Below, one piece after another: positions 1 to 9,492 of a DNA stretch of 64,000 nucleotides (position 1 is the first letter of the stretch; each line of letters opens with the position of its first letter). The notes under the pieces were generated by a model. It saw only the letters and a list, made by a program, of their open reading frames with translations. It searched no databases and was not told the origin of the DNA. The position numbers and the translations under genes were made by a program. Source of the DNA: a bacterium (lineage in GTDB: Bacteria; RBG-13-61-14; DATKZS01); assembly GCA_963674965.2 (NCBI GenBank), contig CAXXFL010000001.1, positions 1,408,001 through 1,472,000 on the forward strand. Direction: 5' to 3'.

Positions 1-199
1 ACAAGACGGAAGGCGGCGATGAAATCATGATACCCGTCGACGTGAAGGAAGAAAGAGACGAATAATATCGACCTTTCTAACTTTAGCCTTTTCGAGACCC
101 AAATACTTTCCATCCTCCCAGTAAGATACTTCAGGCCGTTTTCCTTACTACAATCTCATCAGCTATAATGTAGGCGCGTTGCCTCTGGCGGGATAAAAT

Positions 200-931
200 A
201 TGGACTATGATAAAAATACTCTTACCGCGCTTGTCTTCGGGGCCACGGGTTTCACCGGCCGGGAAGTGGCTCGAATAGCGGCGGAGAATGGACTTCGGAC
301 GGTTGCTCACGTTCGTCCCGACTCTCCCTCCCTCGAGTCCTGGAGGGCGCGGCTCGAGGCCTCGGGTTGCGAGGTGGACGCCACCCCATGGGAGACGGAC
401 GCCCTGGCCGAGACCATGTCGCGGCTTAGGCCGTCCATTGTCTTTTCCCTGCTGGGTACCACCAGGGCCCGGGCAAAGTCAGCCGCCAGGGCCGGAAAAG
501 ACCCGAAGGCCGAAAGCTACGAAGCCGTGGACTTTGGACTTCCGGCCATGCTGCTCGAGGCGGCGAAAAAAGCCGGGACCAGTCCGCGCTTCGTTTTCCT
601 TTCCGCCGCCGGCGCCGGAGGGGAAGGCTTATCTCCTTATTGTAAATGGAAACATAAGGCGGAGATGGCACATATCTCGAGCGGACTTCCCTATACCATC
701 GCCAGGCCGTCATTCATAGCCGGGCCCGGCCGCGACGATAAAAGGCCCGCCGAGTTGATAGGAGCCAAAATCATCGACGCAGCCCTTTCCCTGGCCGGGG
801 CCGCGGGCTTTAAAAAGCTAAACGCTCGATACCGCTCGAACACCAACGTTATTCTCGCCGAGGCGCTGGTCAGATTGGCCCTTTCAAAAGAGGCTGAGAA
901 TAAAATCTTCGAGTCGGAAGATTTAAGATAG
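200..931 (+). CDS. NAD(P)-binding atypical SDR / NAD-dependent epimerase family protein
   Basis: N-terminal Rossmann GATGFTG; YxxxK (YCKWK); ARPS motif. Confidence 0.85.
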   Translation: MDYDKNTLTALVFGATGFTGREVARIAAENGLRTVAHVRPDSPSLESWRARLEASGCEVDATPWETDALAETMSRLRPSIVFSLLGTTRARAKSAARAGKDPKAESYEAVDFGLPAMLLEAAKKAGTSPRFVFLSAAGAGGEGLSPYCKWKHKAEMAHISSGLPYTIARPSFIAGPGRDDKRPAELIGAKIIDAALSLAGAAGFKKLNARYRSNTNVILAEALVRLALSKEAENKIFESEDLR

Positions 932-940
932 GAGGATGAA

Positions 941-2890
941 ATGAAGTCGGGAAAGACCATCAAATCGATGAAGCTTATGGCGGCCCTTTTTCTGGTCAGT
1001 TTCTCCGCTCAGGCCAAGCCGGTAATATTCCAGGAACCACTCAGCCCGCGTATCGCCAATTACGATATCGAGGTCAAGCTCGATCCGGCCGAGCGTCTTA
1101 TACGGGGAAGAGAGGTCCTGACCTGGCACAACAAGACCGATCAGGCGACGGACGAGATGTATTTTCATCTTTACCTTAACGCTTTCCGGAACGACCAGTC
1201 CACCTTTATGAAAGAATCCAATCGATCGGGCTCGAAAAAACTCGATAAAAAGGACGGGTGGGGATACATCGAGCTGGAAAGGGTATCCATCCAGGGCGGC
1301 CCGGACCTGACGGATGAAGTACGTTTCGCCTGGCCTGACGACGGCAACACGGCCGACAAGACCGTGGCCATGATCTCGCTTCCCCAAGCGGTCGAGCCGG
1401 GAGGGTCGGTTATTGTCGAGATCGACTTCGCTTCTCGTCTTCCCTCACCACCCATCGCCAGGAACGGCAGCAAGAAGGAATATCATTTCGCTTCTCAGTG
1501 GTTTCCCAAGGTGGGCGTGTTCGAGGATGGCAAGTGGAATTGTCATCAGTACCACGCCCATTCCGAGTTTTACGCCGACTTCGGAGTATACGACGTTTTC
1601 ATCACCGTGCCCGAGGAGAATATAGTCGGGGCCACCGGTATCGAGGTGGAGGTTTCAAACAACGGCGACGGCACGGCCACCCATTACTATCACGCGGAGG
1701 ACGTACATGATTTTACCTGGACTACCTCGCCCAACTTCGTGGTTTTCATGGAAAGGGTCCAGGACGTTGACGTTCGTCTCCTCATGCAGAAGAACCATAA
1801 GGGCCAGGCAAAGCGGCATCTGGAAGCGGCGCGGATCGGTATCGGGCGTTTCCAGGAATGGTTCGGCAATTATCCATATCCTAACCTTACCATAGTGGAC
1901 CCTCGCGACGGGGCCTTTGCCACGGGCGGCATGGAGTATCCTACTTTAATCACGGCGGGGACCTTTCCCGGACTTCCCGGCGGGGTACGCATCGTCGAGA
2001 TGGTGGTGATTCACGAATTTGGCCATAATTTCTGGTATGGCATGGTTGCCAGTAACGAGTTCGAGGAAGCCTGGCTTGACGAGGGCATCAACACCTACTC
2101 GGAGATTCAAATAATGCACGACGCTTATCCGTCTCAAAGCAGCATTGTCGACTTTTTGGGATTCAAGTTTGACGACCTGCAGATGAGGCGATATTCCTAC
2201 GTCCGCTCTCCGGATTACGATCCGGTTGTGAGAAAGTCGTGGGAGTACTTTTCAGGCGGCAGTTACTCGGCCATGGCCTATTCCAAGCCGGCGCTTGCCC
2301 TGGTTACGCTCGAGAATTATCTGGGCCGGGAAACCATGCGCGAGATTATGCGGGCCTATTTCGAGAGGTATAAATTCAAACATCCAAAAACTCAGGATTT
2401 TATTGACGTGGCCAATGAGGTATCCGGCCAGGACCTTTCCTGGTTTTTCGATCAGATGCTCTACACTAACGCGGTCCTTGATTACGCCGTATGGTCGGTA
2501 AAGAGCGAGAAGGTGAAGCCGGGGATTGGTATAGACTATACCGACTCCATTGGCGGCGATAAAATATCATTCTCTGGAGAGACCGAGACGATGTTCGAGA
2601 CGGTTGTTAAGGTAAGGCGCCTTGGAGACTTTAAGTTCCCAGTCGAAATCGAGCTTGTCTTTCAAAACGGGGAGACGAATCATGAAACCTGGGATGGGAA
2701 AGATTTATGGAAAGAATATAGATATTTAAAACCAACTCGACTCGCGAGCGCCGCGGTTGACCCAGAAAAGAAAGTAGTCTTGGATATTGACTGGAAAAAC
2801 AATCTTATGAAAGCGGGAAGAAAAGCAAAATCCAGGAGCGCCGGACATGGATACCTGGACATGATGAAATTTATGATGAATCCTGACTAA
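941..2890 (+). CDS. Secreted M1 family zinc aminopeptidase
   Basis: Signal peptide (SAQA); GGMEYP exopeptidase motif; HEFGH...WLDEG zinc motif; AGGAGG RBS. Confidence 0.92.
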   Translation: MKSGKTIKSMKLMAALFLVSFSAQAKPVIFQEPLSPRIANYDIEVKLDPAERLIRGREVLTWHNKTDQATDEMYFHLYLNAFRNDQSTFMKESNRSGSKKLDKKDGWGYIELERVSIQGGPDLTDEVRFAWPDDGNTADKTVAMISLPQAVEPGGSVIVEIDFASRLPSPPIARNGSKKEYHFASQWFPKVGVFEDGKWNCHQYHAHSEFYADFGVYDVFITVPEENIVGATGIEVEVSNNGDGTATHYYHAEDVHDFTWTTSPNFVVFMERVQDVDVRLLMQKNHKGQAKRHLEAARIGIGRFQEWFGNYPYPNLTIVDPRDGAFATGGMEYPTLITAGTFPGLPGGVRIVEMVVIHEFGHNFWYGMVASNEFEEAWLDEGINTYSEIQIMHDAYPSQSSIVDFLGFKFDDLQMRRYSYVRSPDYDPVVRKSWEYFSGGSYSAMAYSKPALALVTLENYLGRETMREIMRAYFERYKFKHPKTQDFIDVANEVSGQDLSWFFDQMLYTNAVLDYAVWSVKSEKVKPGIGIDYTDSIGGDKISFSGETETMFETVVKVRRLGDFKFPVEIELVFQNGETNHETWDGKDLWKEYRYLKPTRLASAAVDPEKKVVLDIDWKNNLMKAGRKAKSRSAGHGYLDMMKFMMNPD

Positions 2891-2934
2891 CTAATTACAG
2901 ATTGCCTTGTCTTATTCCAAGATAAACGGGAGAT

Positions 2935-3804
2935 ATGTTCATGAAAAAGATTTCGGCTATTGTTGTATTTTTACTAACAATCAGTATTATTTCGATATTG
3001 TCCAACGAGACGTGGGCTGATGGAGACGCTTTAACACCGTCCCAGGCGGGGAGTTTCAGCTTTCTTACCTATAACGTCGCCGGACTTCCCGATATTATTT
3101 CGGGGTCTCACCCCGCCAGGTTTAATAAGCTTATCAGTCCTCTTCTTAACGACTTCGACATTGTTGTGGTACAGGAGGACTTCTATTACCATGACGATCT
3201 GAAAAGTCTGGCCAATCATCCCTATATCGGCGCGCCCGACAAGGACGGAACTCTTGGCGACGGACTGGGCCGTTTCTCAAACTACCCCTTTAGCGACCCT
3301 ATTCATATAAACTGGAGTAAATGTTACGGAACGCTTGGTTACGCAAATGATTGTTTGACAAAAAAAGGCTACAGCCACGCCGTTCATACAATTGCTTCCG
3401 GCGTCATTATTGACGTGTATAACCTTCATTTCGACGCGGGAATCTCTAAAGGAGACCGGGACGCGCGGGAGGCGGGCATGACCCAGTTGATTCGGACCAT
3501 TGCCGAGGAATCCAAAGGAAAAGCGGTTATTGTGGCGGGCGATTTTAACATGGGAGATAAATCCGATAGGGACCTGGAAAATTATCAGCGTCTGCTCGAT
3601 GAAGAGGGTTTTTTCGATTCCTGCCGCGTTCTCGATTGCGGGGAGGAGAGGATCGATAAAATCGTTTACCGGGGTAGCGAAAAGATAGAATTAAAGGCGG
3701 TCGATTATAAAGTCGAGCGGGAAAAATTCAGATACAGGGACGGGATACAATTGTCCGATCACAAGGCGGTCTCGGCGGTTTTCGAGTGGAAAACCATAGA
3801 TTAA
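2935..3804 (+). CDS. Secreted endonuclease/exonuclease/phosphatase family protein
   Basis: TYNV, VQE, GDFN, RIDK and C-terminal SDH motifs; N-terminal signal. Confidence 0.88.
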   Translation: MFMKKISAIVVFLLTISIISILSNETWADGDALTPSQAGSFSFLTYNVAGLPDIISGSHPARFNKLISPLLNDFDIVVVQEDFYYHDDLKSLANHPYIGAPDKDGTLGDGLGRFSNYPFSDPIHINWSKCYGTLGYANDCLTKKGYSHAVHTIASGVIIDVYNLHFDAGISKGDRDAREAGMTQLIRTIAEESKGKAVIVAGDFNMGDKSDRDLENYQRLLDEEGFFDSCRVLDCGEERIDKIVYRGSEKIELKAVDYKVEREKFRYRDGIQLSDHKAVSAVFEWKTID

Positions 3805-3840
3805 TATTAATCTCCGTCTCCTATTCAAATATGGCCATTC

Positions 3841-6117
3841 ATGATTAAAGAAAAAAAGAAAAAACTCGGATCCGGAAAAAAATCCGGATTTGCCTTACTA
3901 TTCATAGTCATAGCTTTTCTTCTTTCTGAATTGATTCTGCGTCTTAGCGGCCTTTTTCCCCCCCTTGGACCATTCACTGAATTCGAAGGACCGTACGGCC
4001 AGAAGATGGTTCGCTTCAATTTAAACCACCTCAAGCCGGAGTTTACCGCTGATAAACCTCCCGGCGCTTATCGCATAATGATTGCGGGTGGTTCCTCCGC
4101 GGTCGGTTTTCCCTATCATCCGCGCTCCACGTTCGGGCTTAGGCTCGAGTCCATCCTTGAGGCTGAAATTCCCGGTCTTGACGTCGAGGTCATACATATC
4201 GGTAAAATGAGCATGTACTCGACCGAAGTGCGGGAGGTTGTCGATGAAGCCGTCAATTATTCTCCCGATCTGATGATAATTTATTCCGGGCATAATGAAT
4301 TTATCGCGTTAAACCGCAAACTTTCGCCCGGATCCAGGGCGGCCCTGAAAGTTGCCATGAAAAGCAAGGTTGTTCTTGCAACTGGAGCGCTTCTTCACGC
4401 CGCCCTTGGCGCCGGCAAGACTACCTTCATGCAGGCCTGGGAGGAAAACGAAGAGGGCGGACTTGCCCTTCCACGCCCTCCTCTCATCAGCCAGGACCAG
4501 TATGATGAAGTTGTGACGGAGTACGAAGACAATCTTCGAGCCATGGCCGACGCCTGCAATAATCGGAAAGTAAAACTTGTTTTATGCGCGCCGGCTTCCA
4601 ATCTTAACGGATGGCCTCCGGAGTATGTCTTTCCCGCCTCGTTTGGAGAAAAATCTCGGCTAGAGGCCGGCTTAGCTTATGATCGCGCCGAGAAATTTTA
4701 TAAAAGCGGCGCATTTTTTAAGGCATACTCGGGTCTGGAAGAGTGGATGTCATCACCGGTGGGTTACGCCCCTTTGGCCTTTATCTCCGGCCGTTCCAAG
4801 TCCGCCGATCTAAAAAGCCTCGACCCTTCATCCGATAAATTTAAGTCTCTGAAAATTAGCGCAATAAAAGACCTTGAGACGGCCGTTTCCTGGGAGTCTA
4901 AATGCGTCTATTCCCATCGCGCGCCGCCTGAATTCCGCGACATTGTAAAAAAGGTGGCCTCGGAAAAATCGGTAGTATTCCTGGACGCACAGGCCGCGAT
5001 CAATGAAGCGGCCGATTTTACGCCCGGCTTCGATTTATTCGAGGACCATTGTCATCCGAATCTAAAGGCGCAGCAGGTTCTGGCCGAAGCTCTGCGTAAT
5101 ACTATGAAAGAAAATGATATTCCCGTCGAGTCCTCGCAATATGGCCCCACCTTCAAGTGGAATGAAAATGCCTTTCGAGATAAGAATGAAATTGACGACC
5201 AATTTCTGAAACATGTTTATCAGACTATGGCCATCTGGACGGGTCTTAAAAAACATTTGCCCGACAATTCGGCTTTTATCAGTGAGCGTCTTCGTCAATG
5301 TTCGGTATTTTCTACCATTGACCCCTTGCCCTTGATTCTTGAAAGCGTTTACGCCATGACCTATGGCGACTCGACCGGGCCGCTTAAAAGGCTTTCACAA
5401 TTTTATTATGAACAACCCGACTTGATCCATAAATCCCTCGAGCGCTATTTTACATCCAGGGTGGATATTCGTCAGGACGTATTCATGGCCAGGCTCAACT
5501 TTGATCGAGACACGCCGCCGCTTATAAACATAATGAAGAGCGGCCTGTTCAAAGAAGAGGAAGGAGGGGCCCATGTTTACCAGAACGGTAATCCTCTCGA
5601 TTATTTCGATGCCTTTATTGATCTGGCCGACCAGGGACGGAGCTTAACAAAAGAAATCGAAAAAGGACTGGAAAAACATAAAGCCCACGCCAAATCAGAG
5701 GATCCAATCATCCTGGCCGATCCGGCCAAGGCCATCGTCATGCCGGAAGGACTCGAATCGAAACTTATTAAAGTATCGGACGTCATCGAGTATGAAATGA
5801 AAACTTCCTTCTCGTATATAACCAGTGGACCCGTCAATATCGATCCGACTTCATTCTCCGCGCTCGAATTTCGCGCTCGGACAAAAAATGAAAATCATCT
5901 TGTCACGCTTTACTGGCTTGGCGCCGATTCATCCGGCCAAGCCGTAAACGGATTTATGGATTTGGATGTGTCGGGACCGGACGGACAAACAATAAACCTG
6001 GACGCGCAACCCCGATGGGTCCTCGCCTCGAGCCTTCAGGAGATACGGGTTTACCCTCGAATGGCCGGTGATTTTATTCTCGAATATCTGGCCATTTTGC
6101 CCGAGATGAATAATTGA
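3841..6117 (+). CDS. Membrane-anchored SGNH/GDSL hydrolase-like protein with helical insert and C-terminal domain
   Basis: N-terminal TM; GGSS (block I), YSGHNE (block III), DHCHP (block V). Confidence 0.7.
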   Translation: MIKEKKKKLGSGKKSGFALLFIVIAFLLSELILRLSGLFPPLGPFTEFEGPYGQKMVRFNLNHLKPEFTADKPPGAYRIMIAGGSSAVGFPYHPRSTFGLRLESILEAEIPGLDVEVIHIGKMSMYSTEVREVVDEAVNYSPDLMIIYSGHNEFIALNRKLSPGSRAALKVAMKSKVVLATGALLHAALGAGKTTFMQAWEENEEGGLALPRPPLISQDQYDEVVTEYEDNLRAMADACNNRKVKLVLCAPASNLNGWPPEYVFPASFGEKSRLEAGLAYDRAEKFYKSGAFFKAYSGLEEWMSSPVGYAPLAFISGRSKSADLKSLDPSSDKFKSLKISAIKDLETAVSWESKCVYSHRAPPEFRDIVKKVASEKSVVFLDAQAAINEAADFTPGFDLFEDHCHPNLKAQQVLAEALRNTMKENDIPVESSQYGPTFKWNENAFRDKNEIDDQFLKHVYQTMAIWTGLKKHLPDNSAFISERLRQCSVFSTIDPLPLILESVYAMTYGDSTGPLKRLSQFYYEQPDLIHKSLERYFTSRVDIRQDVFMARLNFDRDTPPLINIMKSGLFKEEEGGAHVYQNGNPLDYFDAFIDLADQGRSLTKEIEKGLEKHKAHAKSEDPIILADPAKAIVMPEGLESKLIKVSDVIEYEMKTSFSYITSGPVNIDPTSFSALEFRARTKNENHLVTLYWLGADSSGQAVNGFMDLDVSGPDGQTINLDAQPRWVLASSLQEIRVYPRMAGDFILEYLAILPEMNN

Positions 6118-6173
6118 CGGATGCGGGTAAAAGCCGTCTCGGCCAATGTTGTCATCAAGCCGGCTTCAAATTT

Positions 6174-7238
6174 CTATAACAGGTCCGCCCGGATTTGGCG
6201 GGTGACGGCTATTCGTTGCTTTTTGGCCTCGAGGTGAAATAAAAACCATTTCAGATCGCCCTTGGCCTTGTAGCTCAGGGTCTCGAAATCCTCGGCCGAC
6301 TGGAAATGATCCCAGTCATAGCGGTCGCCGTCAAGGGCATCCATTCTCCAAGCGCGAGGGCTGTAATAAAAGGAAACATCGGGGAAGGCGTTTGCCCACC
6401 TTTTGAATTTCTCTTTCACCGAGTCGGTGGGAAGGCAAAGGCAATCCTTCACGTCATTCACGTAGGTCTTCCAGCAAGGCTGGGTATCGCTCGCGAGACA
6501 AAGAACGTTGTAAATAGTACCGGCGGCTTCCAAAAATTTTTCGGAGTTTTCACTGGTAACGTTTATTCCGCTGGCGTCGTGCTCGTAGCGCCAGGCGAGG
6601 TGGGATTGGTCGGGCATGTTCATGGCTTCGGCGTGTCCGATACTGGGGCTTAAGTCGTAGAGTATCCTCTCTATCAATCCGAGTTCCTTCCACTGGCCGC
6701 CGTCCAATATCCGCAAGCGCTCGATATCGTTATCAGCCGCGCTCCATCGGCCCGAGAAGCGGTCATGGCTCCAGGAATCCGCGTAGGAGTGAAGGGCAAT
6801 GCCCAGCTTGATCAGGGCCCCGAGCCTAGCGTCATCTCCCTCACTCCGTGCATTTTTATAACCCAGGACGGCTTCGGACATGATCGATTTAACGAGGGGC
6901 GAGTCGGCCTTGACCCGGTAATCGTAAAGCCCCGCGCCCGCGGCGTCATAAGGTTCCCGGGGAATAAAGTGGAAGGGGACATATACCTTAAGCTGCACGT
7001 CCTTTTTGAGCCCGCTTATATACTGGATGCCGCTATGCGCCGTACAGACCGGCTCGAACCTGCCTTTCATTACAAGGTCCTTGGCCGCGTCGGGGACGCC
7101 CTCTATCTGGATGCCCTTGTGCTCGGTGGCGTCGTCAACGTATTGCGAGGCGTAAGCTATCACCTGCGCCTCGTCCTCGGGAAAGCCCGCGACCCTCGAA
7201 AGGCATTTGATACAACAGTAATGAAAATCCTTCTGCAT
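6174..7238 (-). CDS. DUF6765-like protein (HxxxD metal-binding motifs)
   Basis: MQKDFHY...AGF...IAYASQYVDDA, PFHF, LHSYADSWSH and IGHAEA pattern typical of this family. Confidence 0.65.
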   Translation of the reverse strand: MQKDFHYCCIKCLSRVAGFPEDEAQVIAYASQYVDDATEHKGIQIEGVPDAAKDLVMKGRFEPVCTAHSGIQYISGLKKDVQLKVYVPFHFIPREPYDAAGAGLYDYRVKADSPLVKSIMSEAVLGYKNARSEGDDARLGALIKLGIALHSYADSWSHDRFSGRWSAADNDIERLRILDGGQWKELGLIERILYDLSPSIGHAEAMNMPDQSHLAWRYEHDASGINVTSENSEKFLEAAGTIYNVLCLASDTQPCWKTYVNDVKDCLCLPTDSVKEKFKRWANAFPDVSFYYSPRAWRMDALDGDRYDWDHFQSAEDFETLSYKAKGDLKWFLFHLEAKKQRIAVTRQIRADLL

Positions 7239-7408
7239 GGTATTGGTCCTCCTAAGATGAGCGTTTGGTTTACTGTATAATATACAAATTATGAATTCAA
7301 TAGTATGAGCCGGAGGCGCAAAACGGATGGTCGGTCAGTCAAATCCTTGCGGTTTGGAACTGGCGGATATTAGGAAAAGAGAATTTATGGGTATTTCAAT
7401 CCAATAGA

Positions 7409-7485
7409 TGGTGCCCTCGACAGGACTCGAACCTGTGGCCTACGGATTAGGAATCCGTCGCTCTATCCAACTGAGCTACGAGGGC
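7409..7485 (-). tRNA. tRNA-Arg (anticodon CCT)
   Basis: Reverse complement GCCCTCGTAGCTCAGTTGGATAGAGCGACGGATTCCTAATCCGTAGGCCACAGGTTCGAGTCCTGTCGAGGGCACCA folds as a cloverleaf with TTCGA T-loop and encoded CCA. Confidence 0.97.
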
Positions 7486-7584
7486 CAAATGAACTCAACC
7501 GCGTCCGGTTAAAGGCGCGGCTGAGTAATGATGTTAACATATCCGGCCGGTTTTCGCAAAAGCCGGCCGGGGCGGACGGCCCGG

Positions 7585-9384
7585 TTATTTATCGCTTTCT
7601 TCTTCACTATCCTCGGCTTTGGCGATGATTTCATTGAAACTCTGATGGGGGTAGGGAACGAAGAAATACGTTCCCCCACCTTCCTCGCCGCCGCCGCCCT
7701 CGAGGCCTCCTCGTCCCCTGACCTGGGCCATGGTGATCTCTCGGGTGTCGTAGTTCCTCCAGGCGTAGCAAAGCAGGTCCACTTCCTCTTTACTCATGTC
7801 GGTCTCGACGAACTCGAGGCCCTGCTTGACGGCCATGCTAAGAAGACCCTTTTTGGCCGCCGCCGTGGTCCCTTCCGCGTCGCGGTACTCGTTGAAAAGC
7901 CGAAGATACTCGCCGGCCGCGTAGCGAAGGAACATCTGCTGCCGCTCGATGCGCCTGAAGTCGCCGCGATTAAAGGAACGCTTTCTAAGGTGCCAGAACA
8001 TCTCCGCTTCCGAGAACCCGTTGTAATCGAGCCCGAGGTTTTTAAACAAGGAGATGCATTTTTTGGCGCTGTACCAGTCGGCGACCACGGTGCGGTGTAT
8101 CTCGATATCGAGGAACTCCTCGACCATCTTCTTGGCAAGATTCTCCCGGCCGTAGGCGTAGGCGGAGTTGGCTTTGCCGCGCCTACGCCGGCCCGGGATG
8201 TTGACCTTGGTATCGCGGGGAATCGAGACCATCCGTACCTGGCGGTCGATAAAGTCGAGCTGTACCACCATGATCACGTCCGAGTTGGCCGGCTTTTTTC
8301 TGAGCTTGTCCAGGGGAATCTCCGCCCCCGTGGCAAGAATACCCCTGCGGTCTCGACGGTCCAATCCCAAAAGAAGGATATTGAATCGAGACGGAAACTT
8401 GGGAAGATTGGACGCGGCCTTTTCCATCAGGTCCTCGGCCGACTCGGGCCATTCAACCTTGGGCTCGGGAAGGCATCCAGCCAGGCTGGCCACTTCTTCC
8501 GCCCCAAGGGAATCGCCGACTTCACATCCCGCGAGGAATTCATTGACTTCCAGATCGTCCACTTCATCCTTTGCGACCGATTTGTCTGGGACCTCGGAAA
8601 TGGGGACCAAGTTATCGGGGAGTAAATCTTCAGGCGACTGGTTATTTTTTGTCTCCGAGCTTAGATCGACCAGGGCGAAAACCTCGTCCGGATCGAAGTC
8701 GTCCTTTTCTTTCTCGGCGGGCGCCGGCTCGTTTTTCGCGGGCTCGGAGTCTTCCCTGTTTTTCTTCAGCCAGTCTGAAAAGGGATTATTATCCGGAAGG
8801 AGGTTCAGGTTGTGATTGGCCGGAGCGCTGGGGCTGAGTTCATCTTTTCCCCGGTAGGCTACCTTAATGTCGCCCGAAAGCCTGAACTCGGGGTCGGATG
8901 AATCCGTATCCTCACTCGATCCCCCGGAGGTTTCGATTTTTATCGGGGCCTCGGGTTCGGGCGCGGCGTCCCGTTTGGGCGGGTCTTTTTTCTCCGGAGC
9001 GGGGGCCTTGGATTCTTCCGCTTGCTCCGGTACGGGCGCGGGCGCCTTTTTTTCGATGACGGGCGCGGGTTTTGGAGGGGACCCCCCAAAAGGCTGCAAG
9101 GAAACGTTGGCAAAGGCGGAGCCGGAGTAGACCTCGACCCTCCTTGTCACTTCCTTGTATCCAGACAGGCTAAGCTTTAGTTCGTGGACCCCTGGATTCA
9201 CGGTGAGCCTTACGGGCGTCTTGACGTCGATTTGTTTTCCGTCAAGAAACACGGCGGCCCCGGAGGGAGTACTTTGAACGGTCAGCTTCGCTAGGTCGTC
9301 ACTTTTTGCCCTTGCCGGCGTGAGCATAGAGAGCGTGAGTAGTGCAAGGACACCCCATTCCAACAGGCGGCGGAACATCTTCAT
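7585..9384 (-). CDS. PEGA domain + LytR-CpsA-Psr (LCP) family protein
   Basis: Signal peptide; PEGA (VQSTPSGAAVFLDG...TP); Pro/acidic linker; LCP motifs NILLLGLD, SDVIM, SIPRDT, KANSAY, GDFRRIERQQ. Confidence 0.85.
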   Translation of the reverse strand: MKMFRRLLEWGVLALLTLSMLTPARAKSDDLAKLTVQSTPSGAAVFLDGKQIDVKTPVRLTVNPGVHELKLSLSGYKEVTRRVEVYSGSAFANVSLQPFGGSPPKPAPVIEKKAPAPVPEQAEESKAPAPEKKDPPKRDAAPEPEAPIKIETSGGSSEDTDSSDPEFRLSGDIKVAYRGKDELSPSAPANHNLNLLPDNNPFSDWLKKNREDSEPAKNEPAPAEKEKDDFDPDEVFALVDLSSETKNNQSPEDLLPDNLVPISEVPDKSVAKDEVDDLEVNEFLAGCEVGDSLGAEEVASLAGCLPEPKVEWPESAEDLMEKAASNLPKFPSRFNILLLGLDRRDRRGILATGAEIPLDKLRKKPANSDVIMVVQLDFIDRQVRMVSIPRDTKVNIPGRRRRGKANSAYAYGRENLAKKMVEEFLDIEIHRTVVADWYSAKKCISLFKNLGLDYNGFSEAEMFWHLRKRSFNRGDFRRIERQQMFLRYAAGEYLRLFNEYRDAEGTTAAAKKGLLSMAVKQGLEFVETDMSKEEVDLLCYAWRNYDTREITMAQVRGRGGLEGGGGEEGGGTYFFVPYPHQSFNEIIAKAEDSEEESDK

Positions 9385-9492
9385 GAGGTCTCCCTAGGAA
9401 AAAATTTTCAGACCGGAATAGCATACTCAATTTCCGTTTAATTGTCAAGCAATTGAAGATGTTTTCCACAGGCGGCCCCGGAATATGGTTTT

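Noticed and set aside
1-65. Possible 3' end of an upstream CDS (KTEGGDEIMIPVDVKEERDE*)
   Set aside because: Too short to support or assign.
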